From Roseibacillus sp. (lineage in GTDB: Bacteria; Verrucomicrobiota; Verrucomicrobiia; Verrucomicrobiales; Akkermansiaceae), in assembly GCA_051251855.1 (NCBI GenBank), contig JBPOGI010000001.1, positions 480,001-544,000 on the forward strand: a DNA stretch of 64,000 bases, in the 5' to 3' direction. Below, piece by piece: positions 1 to 9,880 of this stretch (position 1 is the stretch's first letter; every line of letters starts with the position of its first letter). The position numbers and the translations under genes are program-made. The notes under the pieces were generated by a model. That model ran no database searches. It was not told where the DNA came from and saw nothing but the letters and a program-made list of their open reading frames with translations.

Positions 1-756
1 TGTGAGAATGGTGTCTTTCCATTGTTGGAGGGGTTGAGCGCGAATCGCGTGGTCGTCGGCAAGCTTAATGCTCCAGAAAAGGCTGACTAGGTCGTCGTCT
101 TGGCCGAGTTCGTGTCCGGTAGCGAGGAAGCCCGCGAGCTGGCGGGTGCCGTTGACGACTTGAAAGAGTTCGCTGGTGGGAAAGGTGTCGTTGTTTTTTC
201 CAATGAACCAGTGGGCACCCCAAGGGTAGCCGCGGTTGATGCCTTGGGGAAAAAGTTGTTGGCGGAGGGTTGAGCGGGCACCATCGGCGATGATGAGGAG
301 GTCGAAGGGGCCGCTTTTCCTTCCGGTTGTGGAATAGAGAATCCAACTCTCCTGATTACGGTGAGCGCTTTTGACCTCCCAATTCCAATGGATGGGAATA
401 TTCTCCTTCTCCATTGCGGAGAGGAGGTAGTGAAGAAGAACAGGTCGATGGAGGCCGAGGCCAAACTGTTCACCTTTGAGTTCTCGATACTTGAGGTTGA
501 GAAGGTCCTGCCCTTGCTGATTTAAAATATGCAGACTCTCGATACGAGCTCCATGATTGAGAATGGGGTCTAGAATTCCGAGCTCGGCAAGAACGGACAT
601 CCCTGAGGGTTGTAGCAAAAAACCTGCACCCACGGGTTGGCAAGATGGAGCGCGTTCAAAGAGTTCGACCCGGTGGCCTTGGCGAGCTAGGAGGGTGGCG
701 GCAGCGGGACCAGCGGAGCCGAGTCCGACGACGGCGATAGTGAGATTCTGGAGCAT
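1..756 (-). CDS. FAD-dependent monooxygenase/oxidoreductase (UbiH/FAD_binding_3-like), 3' end outside the window
   Basis: Not in the ORF track because it has no stop in the window. Manual translation from ATG 756 gives MLQNLTIAVVGLGSAGPAAATLLARQGHRVELFERAPSCQPVGAGFLLQPSG...DLLIIADGARS, with the Rossmann GxGxxG and DG motifs. The frame stays open to base 1. Confidence 0.85.
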   Translation of the reverse strand, partial: MLQNLTIAVVGLGSAGPAAATLLARQGHRVELFERAPSCQPVGAGFLLQPSGMSVLAELGILDPILNHGARIESLHILNQQGQDLLNLKYRELKGEQFGLGLHRPVLLHYLLSAMEKENIPIHWNWEVKSAHRNQESWILYSTTGRKSGPFDLLIIADGARSTLRQQLFPQGINRGYPWGAHWFIGKNNDTFPTSELFQVVNGTRQLAGFLATGHELGQDDDLVSLFWSIKLADDHAIRAQPLQQWKDTILT

Positions 757-768
757 CGGCAAGGAGAC

Positions 769-1623
769 CTAATGCTCGGACTCTGTGGTGATTTTTGCGA
801 TAAAGCGGAGAATGCTCTGGGCTCCAGGGTCATTGGGGCGGGCCATGTTGTGGGCGATGGAGGAGTGACCACAGTCGGGGACTTCGTCGGTGGTGACTTG
901 GGTGTTTTTAGCCCCTTTGAGAACGGCGGCGAGGTAGGCGTTCTCTTCGGCACGGGCGGGAGCGTCGTTGTCGGCCCATAGAATAAGGGTGGGAGGAATG
1001 CCCTCTTCGTTGGCATAGCGGACGGGGGCAGCGTCGTCGGCAGTGATGATAAAGGGGTTGTCGGAGCCGAAGCGTTCTTTGCGGACGGTGTAGTGAGTCA
1101 TGGTTTGGGCTGCGACAGGGATGAGGCCGGCGAGGCTGTTGCGTTCAAGATCGTGGGCTGCGAGCCAGCGCTGGTCCATGCCGATCATGAGAGTGAGATA
1201 ACCGCCGGCAGAGTGACCGCCGAGGAAGACTTTTTTTGGGTCGCCGCCCTGTTCCGAAATATTGGCGAGTGTCCAAGCGACCGCTGCGGCGGTGTCTTCG
1301 ACGTAGGCTGGGTATTCCGCTTTGGGGTGAAGGCGATAGTTGACCATCGCGATGGCGAGGCCTTGTTCGCAAAGATGTTGAGCGATGGCGATGTTCCTTG
1401 GGTCGTCTTTTTTTCCACTTTTGAGTCCGCCACCATGGAGCCAGATGAGAGTGGAGAAGCCTTTCTTTCTCTTGGGGAGGTAGAGGTCGAGCTTACAGCG
1501 TTCATTTTGATAGGTGTTGTCGGTCTTCTTCGAGTAGGGGATGTCCCTCTTGACCATGACTGCTTCGATTTCGGCAAAGAGAGGGAGGATGAAGAGCGAG
1601 AACAGAAGGAGAACGTTTTTCAT
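769..1623 (-). CDS. Secreted alpha/beta hydrolase (carboxylesterase/BD-FAE-like)
   Basis: HGGG oxyanion motif, GHSAG nucleophile elbow, and signal peptide MKNVLLLFSLFILPLFA. Start set at ATG 1623 rather than the track start 1659. Confidence 0.85.
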   Translation of the reverse strand: MKNVLLLFSLFILPLFAEIEAVMVKRDIPYSKKTDNTYQNERCKLDLYLPKRKKGFSTLIWLHGGGLKSGKKDDPRNIAIAQHLCEQGLAIAMVNYRLHPKAEYPAYVEDTAAAVAWTLANISEQGGDPKKVFLGGHSAGGYLTLMIGMDQRWLAAHDLERNSLAGLIPVAAQTMTHYTVRKERFGSDNPFIITADDAAPVRYANEEGIPPTLILWADNDAPARAEENAYLAAVLKGAKNTQVTTDEVPDCGHSSIAHNMARPNDPGAQSILRFIAKITTESEH

Positions 1624-1796
1624 TGTGAACTTGTGGACGGTGACGATAGCCATTTTCACAGTGGTCTTACCAGCGACTTATTTTCCTCGAATGAGAGTTC
1701 TTTTTGATATTTGAATAGGCTTTTCTTGCGAATTTTGGGGTGAGAAAATGTTGAGGGCTTGCAGCCGCTTCAAAGTTATGTCGGACTCTTCTAAGT

Positions 1797-4700
1797 ATGA
1801 AGGTATATCTGACATTTGTCCTATGGGTTCTTTCCCTTTCTGATATTTGGGCTGCTCGGGAAGGTTTGTCACGAGATGCGCCCGAGATTTACACAGAGCA
1901 ACTCGAGGCCCTTCTTACTCCGGTGGAAGAGGTGTTGGGCTGGGAGAACTCGTTTCTGGAGGGCGAAGATAGTGACGGCACGGTATTGCTTTCAGAGAGA
2001 GTGACCTGGGTCAATGATGATGGACGCTGTGTGGACGTGCTGCATGCCATCTATCAGGCGCATACGGATGCTGGAGGCTCGCAGCTCGAGTCAGATTCGA
2101 TTCGGTTTTCAGCTTTGTTGGAAAAGCCTACTCTGGTGCTTGCTCGTACTCTAAATAAGGATGGGAAATGGATCGAGGTCGGGGAGAAGGAGGCCTTTCT
2201 TCAACGTGGGCGAGGGGATTCTGAGAGTCAGATTTACGATGATAGTGAAGAAGTGGTTCTCATTTTTCCTGAGGTAGAAGCGGGAGCGATCACGCAGTCG
2301 ATTGTGGTTCTGGAAGACAAGTCTGCGCGAGTCGAAGGGGAATACTTTGCGATTGGTTCTTGGGAAGCGGGGTGGCCCTACCTCATGCGACGACGGGTGC
2401 TCGATCTTTCTGAGACGATGGCAGAGCGGCTTCAGGAGAAAGTGGTAGGGCGAGGGGTGCCTCGACGGGTCAGGCTGGATGCTCCCGAGGGTCGCTGGCG
2501 TGCGCAGTGGGAGAAGAAGAACCGAGAGCGTGCCTTCTGGGAACGGTCTCGTGCTCCTTCTACTCAGATAGGTCCGGCGTCCTTCTTGACGACTTGGGAG
2601 AGTTGGGATGATTTGTCCCGCTGGTATTCCAAGAAGTTGGAGAAGAATTCGGGCCTTGGTGCCGAGTTGTTGCAGGAGGTCGAAACGTGGGTAGGGGAAG
2701 AAACCGATAAGGAAAAAATCGCCAATATTCTCTTAGAGAGAGTTTCCTTAGAGATTCGCTACACGGGCTTGGAATTTGGCCACTCGGGCTGGGAGCCTTA
2801 CTCTTGCGATACTGTTTGGAAGCGTAAGTTTGGAGACTGTAAGGATAAGGCAAACCTCCTTGTTCAACTGCTCGGGAAGTATGATATCGAGGCACGATTA
2901 GTCTTGGTGAATACACGCCATGCGGGATTGGTGAATCGGAAGTCACCTAGCTGCTACGAATTCAACCATGCAATCTTGGCGATTAAGGATGGCGACGAAT
3001 GGCAGTTTTGTGACGCAACGATTCCCGGTGCTCGCGTGGGTGAGCTTTCTCCCTCTTCAAGTGATCGAGAAGTCTATTTGGTTGGAGAGTCCGGTGGCGA
3101 ATGGGCTAGGACCCCGAGGGGAGAAGTTCCGCAGTTAGATTATAAATTCGAGACTGAGTTTGATTCTGAAGGACGGCTTTCTGGCTGGTTGGAGCTCCGG
3201 GCAACAGGATTCTATGAGCTCAGCTATCGCGATGATTATCGTGAGCGAAGTCGAATTTCTTCCAAGAGAGCTCTCACAAGTAAGCTTCAGAACTTTTTTG
3301 AGGGGGTCGAGGTTGTTGATGTCGAGTTTCCTGAAGAAGAAGGTGCGTTCGTGATTAAGGCCTTTTTTACAGGACAGCCAGTGGAGCCGGATACACAAGG
3401 GAGAAGGTCACTGCCGTTTCCTACCTCAACCAGTCTCTTTGTTGATTTTGGCGAAGCTGATACACGCGAGACCGATTTCTTTTTGTGGCGTGATAATATC
3501 GATGTTGAGTGTCGAATCTCGCTAGCCGATGGTCTGGCGGTGGAAGGCCTGCCCCAGCCAATTTCACTTTTGAGTGAGGGCTATCGGGTCGAGGCTGGTT
3601 GGCGAATGACCGAATGTGGTTGCCAAGCGGAATTGACTGTTTCTTGCGGAAAGTCACTGCTGACTCCTGATGAATTGTTGGCGGCTGCTCAGGCGAATCG
3701 TGCCTTTTCCAATTGGTCAGAGAGCCCAGTCTTTGTAAAGGAGGGGAAAGCCGGAAAAGTCCAAGAGATGAAAGAGTCGGGACCTGGGATGCCGCTTCTT
3801 TCTTCTGGTGAAGCCCAATTAGAACTCGTTGAGCAATGGTTTCCTTTAGGAGCTGATGCAGCGAGAAGAAGGTCTGCTTTGAGGGACGTCTTGCGGTTCT
3901 TTCCTCAGGACAAAGAGGTCGCTTTTGATGTCAAGCTGCGGCTAGCGTATTTAGATTACTACGAGGATAAGTATCTTGAAGCGGCCCAACAATACGAGGC
4001 TCTCAGTGGGAGCTCGAATGCATCCAAAGAGAATATTGGATTTGCAAAATATATGTTAGCTACGACGCAGAAGGAACTGGCGCAGCATGAAGAGGCTCTG
4101 GGAACGATGAAGGTTCTGGCTGAGCAAAAGGACCTGTCTGAATATCGTCGTGGGTGGTCAGCGGCGTGGGCAGGAGAGTGGCTTCTCCCCGATGAACCAG
4201 GTGAAGCGGAGAGATATTTTCGGATGGCGCTGGCAATTGAAGGGGATTTTCGTGAGGTGGCTCTTCAAGGGATCGTCAGTGCCCTAGTTAAGCGAGAGGA
4301 GCGCTCTAAGTTGGCAAAGGTTCTCATCGAGGAACTGCCAGAACAGGATGAAATCTTGGAAGAGGAATTCGCCCTGGTTCTAGAGACTTCTCAAGGAGCG
4401 AAGGAGGCCAAGGTATTAGAAGAGGCCCTGGTGTTGGCTCTTGAGGAGCTTGAGGAAGATGATTCGCGCAGGACTTTGTTCGAGTCTCATAGAAAGGAAC
4501 TCGCGGATAGCCTAGGGAAGCGCGAGCTTGTCGAAGCTCTGCATAAGAGTCTGAAAACACTTTTGGAGACGGAGAAGCCGGAATATTTTCGGAGGGTCCA
4601 GATTGATGGGGACCTTAAGACTCAAGCTGACTTCGAGAAGGAGATGGGTGAACTCTACAATGTGAAGCACGACCAGTGGCTTGCGCACGCGGCAGAGTAT

Positions 4701-7700
4701 GTTCATCGTTTTGAAGCGAATGAGAGTTTCCCGGAATTTTTGTGGCGACTTCTAGGGTATATTAATTGGTTAGAGAATCCTGGTAATGAGAAGGAGGAGT
4801 TCTTTGAGAAAATGATGCTCATTACTGATCAGATTCCACATTCGGACGGAAACTACTGGGAGAGCCAATTTGTGAAGGCGACTTGGTTGGAGGAGAGAAC
4901 TCGCTATGAGGAGGCGAATGAGGTCTACAGTTTGATGCCTGGGGATCCTGATTTCGATCAGGACTTCAGTTCCAGTGCCGCCAATAGGCAGGGGCTCGTA
5001 TTGGAAAAAATGGGCCGTTGGAGTGAAGCGGTAGTCTGCTTCCGAAGGACAGAGGACGAACGGAGAACAGTGTTGGAGGTTGTGAACCATCTCGTCCGCG
5101 CGGGGGTGCTCTTGGTGCATCTTGATCGAGCAGATGAAGCGCTGGAAGTATTTGGGCTTCTTCGGGATGTTCCAGTTTCGCTCTACGAAGAGGAATATAT
5201 AGAGTCTCAGGTGAAGGAGGCGATCACTCTGAGTGAAAGCCCTGAGGAGAGTAAGAAGTTCTGGGAGCAAACTCGGGGCGCATGGGCCGAGGGCTTAGGG
5301 AAAGGATCTGAGCTCAATCTGCAGGAACCATTCGGGGCTATTATTCTAACTGGAGATGAATTGACGAATTTTGACGAGGAGTTCCCTAAAGCTTTGAAGG
5401 ATAAAGATAAGGAGAAACAAGACGGCATGACTGCGGGGCTCTATGCCGTTGCCAGTATTTTCCCATCGCAAGTGCAGACAATGACCACTCTGGTTTATAC
5501 ATACTTGAAGCCCAATGAACCCCAGGGAGAGATGGGTCCGGAAAAGGCGCTCAAGAAGTTCGCCGAGATTGTTTTGGAAGCGCCAACTGATCAGGCTGTT
5601 CGAGAATTCTGTTTGCGGCTCTGCGGGGGACTCAGTATTGACCTTGGAGAAAAAGAGGAAGCATTCAATTTGCTCGCAAGATGTGTTGATGAGATTAATG
5701 AATCTTCTAGCCGAGAACATCGAGAACGAGCGGTGTATCTTTACCTTCTTTCGGCGCTTAGAGCGGAAAAGAAATCAGAAGATGTCATTGCTCGAGTTAA
5801 TGAGATCACTTCCGAAGAAATGCTTCATATTGGACGTTTCACTTTGGTTCAGAATGCGGCCCAACTCATTAACCAGTCAGAGGGGACAGAAGAAGCCCTC
5901 GATTTCGTGATGAAACAAATGAAGGTCCGGGCGGGAGACGCGACTTCTGAAGTGTTGGAACAGTTGGAGGCATATGCTGCCGAGCTGAAGGAAGGTGAGC
6001 TCGCGAAGCGGGAGATAGAGGAAGCAATGAACGAATGGATTTCCGCGCTTGAGCTGTCCTGGTTTGAGTATGTTGAGCCACGAGAGGTTGGAGATGCGGA
6101 GCTGGATGAGGCTCGCAGTTTCTTTCGAACAGGCGAAACCGATCGACATGATCTAGAGCAATTCAAATTGATGGTGGGCGTCGTTTTGTCGCCAGATGTT
6201 GAGGAGGAGTTGGCGGGCAATGCTTTGGAGCATTGCTTCTTTGCGCAGAAGGTCTGGACCCTTTCCGATAAGTTCTATTTTGAGCGCCTCATCGATGCCG
6301 TCTACGATGAGCGGTTTCCTACCGCCGTTCGGTCGCAACTCTATTTTTCGGCCGTTGTGGGAACTTCGCTCATAGGAGAGGCTCAACTCTTTGAGGTCTT
6401 GAAGGAGAAGCCAGTCTGGGGGGGAGAGGCTACTGCTCAGGGGAAGGAGCTGCTTGAAAATTTCGCTTTGGTAGCCCAAGCGAAGGAAGAAGGAGGAATC
6501 GACCGTGTTTTGGAATGCTTGAGGAAAATTGGTAAGGAAGGGGACTTCTTGGCGATGGATATCACCTTCTTAAGCAATTTTGTGAAGTTTCTCTTTCGAG
6601 AAGGTGAGACCGAGGTGATCGCGAAGCTACTCAAGGAATCAAAGGAATGGAAAGTTGCTGGTGGTGCGAGTGCTGAGATGCAAAAGGAAAGGTTGGAGTG
6701 GAGTCGGTCCTTGAGAAGAGTGGCTCCTTACTTGGATTTGAATGAACAACTGAAAGAACAGTTGTCAGGTTTGTTGGAAGGGTATCAGAAGGATGCACCT
6801 GAGGATTGGTTCGAGCGCTTTGATCTTTATTTGAATGACGACTGGACACTTCAAGAAAAAAGAGGAATTCAAGCTGCTCGTGTTTCGGACGAAGGTTGGA
6901 CGAGGTCTCGACAGGATGGGCGACTTTGGTTTCTAGAGACCGACACATGGGTTGAAGACGAGGAAGGAGAAGTCAGGGAGGAGGAGTTGCTAGAGGCGAT
7001 CAAGACGGTTTTGGAATGGTCTCAGGATTTTGAAGGGGCTTTTCCTTTGTTATCGCTATTGGACCATGAGTTGTCAGAGCCAGCAGAAGCGAAGCTTGCC
7101 GAGATGCTCGAGCCTTTTGACGATCCACGAGAAACGCCAGAGATCTACGCTGTTAAAAGGCTATGGGAGGCTAAGAATCGTGACGAAATTGTGAAGCACA
7201 GGCTTTCAGGCCTTCAGTCTGCGGCAAACGAAACGGCGATTTTTCAGGGGTTTGTAGACTATGTCACTTTGCTTTTTACGATTGAAAACGCCAATGCGAG
7301 AGAGTCCGAGCGTGTCCTTGATGAGATGGATAGCGAACGTCTGCTATCTAGCGAATTGTTACCACTTAGTTTGCATTTATTTCAAAGTCTAGGAACTCGG
7401 GAAGTGGAACTGGAAATCGCAACTGAGCGCGCTGCCGCTGAGATTCATGCAAGTGTTTTGAATTCATGGCAGCATCTAGAGCTATATGAGCTTAAGCAAG
7501 CTTGTGAACTTGCGATTATGAGTGATGCTGGAAAGCAGCTTCCAGTTGAATGGGCTGAATCAAATCGAAAGAGGATCCCAGAGGATGAAGATAGGCTGAC
7601 GTTCGAGGTTTTGTATGCTCTTGCCAAAAAGAACTGGAGTGACTTAGAGCAGTTTTGTTCCGAGTTGGATAAACTGAACTCTGGTTTCTATTCAACCGCT

Positions 7701-7880
7701 CCTCTTGGGCTCGCTCTTTTTCATCAAGAAAAGTATCAGGAATCATTGGAGCCTTTGCAGGCCGCAATCGATATGAAGTTCTTGGACTGGGAGTTAGCTT
7801 TGGACTTGGAGCCTTTGTTGATTGAAGCAAAGAAGAAAAGTAAAGAGCAGCAGGAGATCTTGGAGTCTGTGACTCCCTAA
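1797..7880 (+). CDS. Large exported DUF3857/transglutaminase-like protein with a long TPR/helical C-terminal region (2027 aa)
   Basis: Signal peptide; IRYTGLEFG, GDCKDKA, FNHAI and FCDAT transglutaminase-like motifs; then about 1300 aa of helical TPR-like sequence. Confidence 0.8.
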   Translation: MKVYLTFVLWVLSLSDIWAAREGLSRDAPEIYTEQLEALLTPVEEVLGWENSFLEGEDSDGTVLLSERVTWVNDDGRCVDVLHAIYQAHTDAGGSQLESDSIRFSALLEKPTLVLARTLNKDGKWIEVGEKEAFLQRGRGDSESQIYDDSEEVVLIFPEVEAGAITQSIVVLEDKSARVEGEYFAIGSWEAGWPYLMRRRVLDLSETMAERLQEKVVGRGVPRRVRLDAPEGRWRAQWEKKNRERAFWERSRAPSTQIGPASFLTTWESWDDLSRWYSKKLEKNSGLGAELLQEVETWVGEETDKEKIANILLERVSLEIRYTGLEFGHSGWEPYSCDTVWKRKFGDCKDKANLLVQLLGKYDIEARLVLVNTRHAGLVNRKSPSCYEFNHAILAIKDGDEWQFCDATIPGARVGELSPSSSDREVYLVGESGGEWARTPRGEVPQLDYKFETEFDSEGRLSGWLELRATGFYELSYRDDYRERSRISSKRALTSKLQNFFEGVEVVDVEFPEEEGAFVIKAFFTGQPVEPDTQGRRSLPFPTSTSLFVDFGEADTRETDFFLWRDNIDVECRISLADGLAVEGLPQPISLLSEGYRVEAGWRMTECGCQAELTVSCGKSLLTPDELLAAAQANRAFSNWSESPVFVKEGKAGKVQEMKESGPGMPLLSSGEAQLELVEQWFPLGADAARRRSALRDVLRFFPQDKEVAFDVKLRLAYLDYYEDKYLEAAQQYEALSGSSNASKENIGFAKYMLATTQKELAQHEEALGTMKVLAEQKDLSEYRRGWSAAWAGEWLLPDEPGEAERYFRMALAIEGDFREVALQGIVSALVKREERSKLAKVLIEELPEQDEILEEEFALVLETSQGAKEAKVLEEALVLALEELEEDDSRRTLFESHRKELADSLGKRELVEALHKSLKTLLETEKPEYFRRVQIDGDLKTQADFEKEMGELYNVKHDQWLAHAAEYVHRFEANESFPEFLWRLLGYINWLENPGNEKEEFFEKMMLITDQIPHSDGNYWESQFVKATWLEERTRYEEANEVYSLMPGDPDFDQDFSSSAANRQGLVLEKMGRWSEAVVCFRRTEDERRTVLEVVNHLVRAGVLLVHLDRADEALEVFGLLRDVPVSLYEEEYIESQVKEAITLSESPEESKKFWEQTRGAWAEGLGKGSELNLQEPFGAIILTGDELTNFDEEFPKALKDKDKEKQDGMTAGLYAVASIFPSQVQTMTTLVYTYLKPNEPQGEMGPEKALKKFAEIVLEAPTDQAVREFCLRLCGGLSIDLGEKEEAFNLLARCVDEINESSSREHRERAVYLYLLSALRAEKKSEDVIARVNEITSEEMLHIGRFTLVQNAAQLINQSEGTEEALDFVMKQMKVRAGDATSEVLEQLEAYAAELKEGELAKREIEEAMNEWISALELSWFEYVEPREVGDAELDEARSFFRTGETDRHDLEQFKLMVGVVLSPDVEEELAGNALEHCFFAQKVWTLSDKFYFERLIDAVYDERFPTAVRSQLYFSAVVGTSLIGEAQLFEVLKEKPVWGGEATAQGKELLENFALVAQAKEEGGIDRVLECLRKIGKEGDFLAMDITFLSNFVKFLFREGETEVIAKLLKESKEWKVAGGASAEMQKERLEWSRSLRRVAPYLDLNEQLKEQLSGLLEGYQKDAPEDWFERFDLYLNDDWTLQEKRGIQAARVSDEGWTRSRQDGRLWFLETDTWVEDEEGEVREEELLEAIKTVLEWSQDFEGAFPLLSLLDHELSEPAEAKLAEMLEPFDDPRETPEIYAVKRLWEAKNRDEIVKHRLSGLQSAANETAIFQGFVDYVTLLFTIENANARESERVLDEMDSERLLSSELLPLSLHLFQSLGTREVELEIATERAAAEIHASVLNSWQHLELYELKQACELAIMSDAGKQLPVEWAESNRKRIPEDEDRLTFEVLYALAKKNWSDLEQFCSELDKLNSGFYSTAPLGLALFHQEKYQESLEPLQAAIDMKFLDWELALDLEPLLIEAKKKSKEQQEILESVTP

Positions 7881-8785
7881 GCGCTGGAACGTGTCCAAGG
7901 ATTGAATTCGTTGGGGAAGGGGGCGGTGAAGAGAACTTTTTCGTCTGTGGTGGGGTGGGTGAAGCCGAGTTGTCTTGCATGGAGCATGAGGCGGTCGGTG
8001 TCGGGAAGAGATTTACTAGATTTTCCGTAGATGGGGTCGCAGAGGATGGGGGCGCCGACGTGTTTGAGGTGGACGCGGATTTGGTGGGTGCGGCCGGTGT
8101 GAAGGGTGCATTTGACGAGGCAGGTGCCATCGCCTTGTTGGGAGAGGACTTCGTAGTCGGTGATGGCGGCTTTTCCGGAGCCGGGGGCGACGACGGCCAT
8201 TTGCTGGCGGTTGACGGGGTGGCGGCCGATGTTGGTGAAGATGGTGTCGGCGTCCTTGAGGGGAGGTCGGGCGGTGACGGCGTAGTAGATTTTGGTGGTG
8301 GTTTCGCGTTCAGCAAACTGGGTGAGGAGGGACTTCATGGCGCGATCGGTTTTGGCGACAACGATGCAGCCAGAGGTGTCTTTGTCGAGACGGTGAACGA
8401 TGCCAGGGCGCTCGACTCCATTGATGCCGGCGAGTTGGTCTCCGCAGTGATGGAGAAGGGCGTTGACGAGGGTGCCATCGGGATTGCCTGCGGCGGGGTG
8501 AACCACCATGCCGTGCGCTTTGTTGAGGATGATGAGGTCTTCGTCTTCGTGCAGGATGTCGAGAGGGATGTCCTGCGGAATGAGTTCGAGGGCGACGGGT
8601 TCGGGGATGGTGACGCTGATGAGGTCACCCGGGTTGAGGGCTTGTTTGGGTTTGGCGGGGCGCTCGTTGACGAGGATGTGGCCTTCTTTGACGAGGGCCT
8701 GCAGGCGCGAGCGCGAGTGTTCCTTGAGCTGGGAGGCAAGGTAGGCGTCGAGGCGGGGGTGCGGGCTGTCGATTTCGAGGGTCAT
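7877..8785 (-). CDS. rluD: RluA/RluD-family 23S rRNA pseudouridine synthase with S4 domain
   Basis: N-terminal S4 (RLDAYLA...SRSRLQALVKEG), catalytic HRLDKDTSG, GRTHQIRVH and LHA motifs. Confidence 0.9.
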   Translation of the reverse strand: MTLEIDSPHPRLDAYLASQLKEHSRSRLQALVKEGHILVNERPAKPKQALNPGDLISVTIPEPVALELIPQDIPLDILHEDEDLIILNKAHGMVVHPAAGNPDGTLVNALLHHCGDQLAGINGVERPGIVHRLDKDTSGCIVVAKTDRAMKSLLTQFAERETTTKIYYAVTARPPLKDADTIFTNIGRHPVNRQQMAVVAPGSGKAAITDYEVLSQQGDGTCLVKCTLHTGRTHQIRVHLKHVGAPILCDPIYGKSSKSLPDTDRLMLHARQLGFTHPTTDEKVLFTAPFPNEFNPWTRSSA

Positions 8786-8802
8786 TCGGTGACTGGATTT
8801 TG

Positions 8803-8830
8803 AACCACGAAGGGCACGAAGGACACGAAA
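8803..8830. repeat. 9-nt periodic triad repeat (CACGAA x3)
   Basis: aacCACGAAgggCACGAAggaCACGAAa, with units starting at 8806, 8815 and 8824. Confidence 0.75.
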
Positions 8831-8881
8831 TTTTCGTAATGGAAGAGAGGTGACTTATTATAAGTCTCCCCCTGCTCACGA

Positions 8882-9235
8882 TTATTCAGACCAGACTGCG
8901 AATTCGTTGCCGGATGGTTCGGTGAAGTGGAAGCGGCGGCCGCCGGGGAAGGAGAAGATCTCTTGGATGATGGTCCCGCCAGCAGTGATCACTTTTTGTT
9001 GCGTCTCTTCTAAGTTGGCGCTGTAGAAGACGAGCAGGGCGCTGCCGGTTTTGGTGAGAGCGATTTGTTCGGATTTGTAGAAGCCTCCGTCGAGGCCCTC
9101 GTTGCTGAAGGAGCTGTATTCGTCGCCGTAGTTTTTAAAACTCCAGCCAAAGACTTGGCTAAAGAATGCTTTGGTGGCGGGGAGGTCGGTCGAGGGGAAT
9201 TCGACGTAGTTGAGTTTCTCGTGTTGGTTGCTCAT
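8882..9235 (-). CDS. VOC/glyoxalase-family protein
   Basis: LNYVEFPSTDL...FFSQVFGW...GGRRFHFTEPSGNEFAVWS. Confidence 0.9.
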   Translation of the reverse strand: MSNQHEKLNYVEFPSTDLPATKAFFSQVFGWSFKNYGDEYSSFSNEGLDGGFYKSEQIALTKTGSALLVFYSANLEETQQKVITAGGTIIQEIFSFPGGRRFHFTEPSGNEFAVWSE

Positions 9236-9241
9236 GGGTGA

Positions 9242-9574
9242 CTAGCTGGCCTTGGTTTCTTCTTTGTCTCCGTCACGCATGTTCTTTGCTTTGGCAAGAC
9301 GCTCCGCGAAGGCTGGGTCTGTGGGCATGGATTCGGTGTTTTTGGGTGGGAAGAGGTCGCGTTCTAGATTACCGAAGAGGTAGTTGGTCAGGAGAAAACC
9401 GAGGCTACCGAAGGCGAGAATGGCGGTGCTGTAGAAGAGCTTGTTGGCGATAGCTTCGGCGATGGATCCCCAGGCGAGGAGGATGCCGGCTCCCGTGGAA
9501 AGGACGATGCAGGCGGTGATGAGGTAGAAGACGACGCCTTTGACGGTCTCGTGCGGGAGGTAGCCTGTTTTCAT
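9242..9574 (-). CDS. Small membrane protein with two predicted TM helices
   Basis: Two hydrophobic stretches. Probable start MKTGYL at 9574; the longer track ORF runs through repeat DNA. Confidence 0.65.
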   Translation of the reverse strand: MKTGYLPHETVKGVVFYLITACIVLSTGAGILLAWGSIAEAIANKLFYSTAILAFGSLGFLLTNYLFGNLERDLFPPKNTESMPTDPAFAERLAKAKNMRDGDKEETKAS

Positions 9575-9648
9575 AGCACCTAAAAGAATAGATGTTCGTT
9601 TAGAAGAGGTCGAGGTGAAAAGGTGGGATGACGATTCGGGTCTTTTGT

Positions 9649-9741
9649 CCACGAATCTCACAAACAGCACGAATGGCTTTGTGATTTTTAGGAGGTCAGT
9701 TCGGGAGAGTTTTGACCGCGAAATTTGCGAAAAGAGCGAAA
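9649..9741. repeat. Two degenerate 9-nt periodic triads
   Basis: cCACGAAtctCACAAAcagCACGAAt (units at 9650/9659/9668) and cCGCGAAattTGCGAAaagAGCGAAa (units at 9717/9726/9735). Confidence 0.6.
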
Positions 9742-9846
9742 CCTATCGCTGTGGTAGCTTTTCGCTGATTGAGGCGCAAATGTGACGGGCTCGTGATAGT
9801 GAGTCTGACTTAAGATACGGACTGGTGGGGCCCTGACTGTGTCGGG

Positions 9847-9874
9847 GGAACCGAGCTGAAGACTCTCGGTCCGC
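9847..9874. repeat. REP-like palindrome at the 3' end of the DEAD helicase gene
   Basis: ggaACCGAGctgaagactCTCGGTccgc hairpin. Confidence 0.5.
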
Positions 9875-9880
9875 AGTGCG

